A stretch of DNA of 64,000 bases, taken from positions 11,889 through 75,888 of the forward strand of contig JANQEL010000277.1 in assembly GCA_028278345.1 (NCBI GenBank), read 5' to 3'. The notes under the pieces were generated by a model that was not told the origin of the DNA, ran no database searches, and worked only from the letters and a program-made list of their open reading frames with translations. Every line of letters begins with the position of its first letter. Within the stretch, counting starts at the first letter, position 1. Positions 62,434-64,000 of the stretch are shown here, piece after piece. The translations under genes and the position numbers were made by a program. The stretch is from Myxococcota bacterium. GTDB taxonomy: Bacteria > Myxococcota_A > UBA9160 > UBA4427.

Positions 62434-63363
62434 TCAGCCGCGCAATTCCGCGGGAAGCTTGAACGTCATGCCCTCGTCGACGAGGGCCAGCGAGCGTACG
62501 GCGACGTCGCCGCTGTGGAGTTCCTTCAAGCGCTCGATCACCTGCTCGACCAGGAACTCGGGGGTCGATGCGCCCGCGCTGACGCCGACGCAGTTCACGT
62601 TGGCGAGCCAGCTGGGCTCGATCTCGTCGGCGTTCTGGATCAGCGCGCTGTGGATGCCGCGCTTGGCGGCCACCTCGACCAGGCGATTGCTGTTCGACGA
62701 AGCCGGTGCACCCACGATCAGCACGAGGTCGGCCTGCTCGGCCAGGGTCTTCACGGCGTCCTGTCGGTTCTGCGTCGCGTAACAGATGTCGTCGCGCTTG
62801 GGCAGGCGGATCTTCGGGAAGCGCTCCTTCAACGCCTGCATCACGACGGCTGTGTCATCGACCGAGAGCGTCGTCTGGGTGACGCAGCCGAGGCGATCGG
62901 GGTTTCGCACCTCGAGCTTCTGAACGTCGTCGACGGTTTCGACGAGATGCATCTGGCCGGGCGCCTGCCCCATCGTGCCTTCGACTTCGACGTGGCCCGC
63001 GTGGCCGATCATGATGATCTCGTAGCCCTGCGCGACCATGCGCTTTACTTCGACGTGCACCTTGGTCACCAGGGGGCAGGTGGCGTCGATCGTGTGGTGC
63101 TCGTGCGCCGCCGCTTCTTCGCGCACCCGGGGCGAGACGCCGTGGGCGCTGAAGATCAGCTGCGAGCCCGGGGGCGCCTCGGAGGGCTCTTCGACGAAGA
63201 TCGCGCCCTTCTCGCGCAGCGCGTCGACGACCGCCTTGTTGTGGACGATCTCGTGGCGCACGTACACGGGCGGGCCGTGCCGTTCGAGCGCGCGTTCGAC
63301 GATTTCGATGGCGCGGTCCACGCCGGCGCAGAAGCCCCGGGGACTCGCGAGCAGGATCTCCAT
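62434..63363 (-). CDS. ispH: 4-hydroxy-3-methylbut-2-enyl diphosphate reductase
   Basis: [44 protein letters not shown]. Confidence 0.95.
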   Translation of the reverse strand: MEILLASPRGFCAGVDRAIEIVERALERHGPPVYVRHEIVHNKAVVDALREKGAIFVEEPSEAPPGSQLIFSAHGVSPRVREEAAAHEHHTIDATCPLVTKVHVEVKRMVAQGYEIIMIGHAGHVEVEGTMGQAPGQMHLVETVDDVQKLEVRNPDRLGCVTQTTLSVDDTAVVMQALKERFPKIRLPKRDDICYATQNRQDAVKTLAEQADLVLIVGAPASSNSNRLVEVAAKRGIHSALIQNADEIEPSWLANVNCVGVSAGASTPEFLVEQVIERLKELHSGDVAVRSLALVDEGMTFKLPAELRG

Positions 63364-63494
63364 CGGATCTCCGTTCTGGATCGAAGGCGTACCCTAGCAG
63401 TCTCCTTCGACCTCGGGGGCTCGCAGATCCGTGGGTGGAACGGGCATTCGCAGACCCGGCAAGGGTTCGCGCGATCCGATAGCCTGCGCGCCCC

Positions 63495-64000
63495 ATGTCC
63501 GGTGACGATCCATCTTCCATCCCCCAGTCCACCGGCCCCGACGACAACCTCGACCCCGAGACCGCGCCCGGTCTTCCCGCGACGACCCTCGCCCAGCAGG
63601 CGATGCCGACGCGCGAACCCGAGAGAGGCGATCTCGTACGGCGGCTGCGGCTCCACACCTCCGCCGTCCCCGAGATCTTGAAGCTCTCGTGGCCCGTCAT
63701 GTTGGCGACCGGTGCCGTGATGCTCGCCGGGGTGATCGACCGCGCGATGATCGGACGCCTGGGCGATGCCGAAGGCGGCGCCGCCGTGCCGTTGGCCGCG
63801 GTCGGCATCGCGACGCAGTTCTTCTTCGTGGTGCAGAGTTCGCTCTTCGCGATCGGGCTGGCCTGCGTGGCCTTGATGGCGCGCGCGATCGGCGCCGGGG
63901 ATCCGCGTGAGGCCCAGCGTGCGTTCGGCGCGTCGCTGCAGGTCGGCGTTGCGAGCAGCATCGCGCTGAGTGTGCCGATCGCGTGGGTCGCCCCGACGGC
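63495..64000 (+). CDS. MATE-family efflux transporter (3-prime truncated by the window end)
   Basis: Own translation from ATG 63495 gives ...ILKLSWPVMLATGAVMLAGVIDRAMIGRLG...QFFFVVQSSLFAIGLACVALMARAIGAGD. The frame is open to the end of the window. Confidence 0.7.
   Translation, partial: MSGDDPSSIPQSTGPDDNLDPETAPGLPATTLAQQAMPTREPERGDLVRRLRLHTSAVPEILKLSWPVMLATGAVMLAGVIDRAMIGRLGDAEGGAAVPLAAVGIATQFFFVVQSSLFAIGLACVALMARAIGAGDPREAQRAFGASLQVGVASSIALSVPIAWVAPT

Noticed and set aside
59863-62782. Long plus-strand ORFs 59863..61173 and 60944..62782 over the acyl-CoA dehydrogenase genes
   Set aside because: They are antisense shadow ORFs. The minus-strand frames carry ACAD signatures.

Overview
High-GC (about 65-68%) bacterial chromosome segment. 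Bases 1 to about 52237 are a temperate lambda-like siphovirus prophage integrated at the 3-prime end of a tRNA-Cys(GCA) gene (52238-52311, minus strand). A tyrosine integrase lies directly next to the tRNA. The left phage end (attL) was not found and probably lies upstream of the window.

Prophage layout:
- 1-7770 (plus strand): accessory cargo. It holds a translationally coupled Zn-finger / HerA-family ATPase operon, an NDT/TIR-like protein, a secreted SH3-HNH nuclease, a low-GC two-gene cassette and an SRAP protein.
- 7789-9752 (minus): lysis-like cassette.
- 9752-25580 (minus): tail module, including two beta-helix proteins with Sec signal peptides, a gpI-gpJ fusion, an NlpC/P60 gpK-like protein, the tape measure and the major tail protein.
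- 26001-34916 (minus): lambda-type head and packaging module (Nu1, gpA, gpW, portal, S49 protease, gpD, gpE, FII, gpU, and a displaced gpZ).
- 35079-42861 (minus): regulators and replication genes (prim-pol/D5 helicase, VRR-NUC, SF2 helicase), interrupted by two opposite-strand morons.
- 42934-52144 (plus): XRE / TerB-BRCT / ImmA module, SSB, putative annealase, ParB-like protein and integrase.

Host genes follow from 52503 to 64000: crcB, DUF1285-like, lipB, a 2-oxoacid dehydrogenase E2, pcs, a dual-receiver response regulator, hemH, hemE, two acyl-CoA dehydrogenases, ispH and a partial MATE transporter.

Most interesting candidates:
- the HerA-ATPase plus NDT/TIR-like cluster
- the XRE / TerB-BRCT / ImmA triad
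- a roughly 92-nt structured repeat that brackets a low-GC cassette
- the Sec-signal beta-helix proteins inside the tail operon
- a 121-bp AT-rich palindrome downstream of the primase gene

All functional calls come from by-eye motif and synteny recognition. No database search was run.
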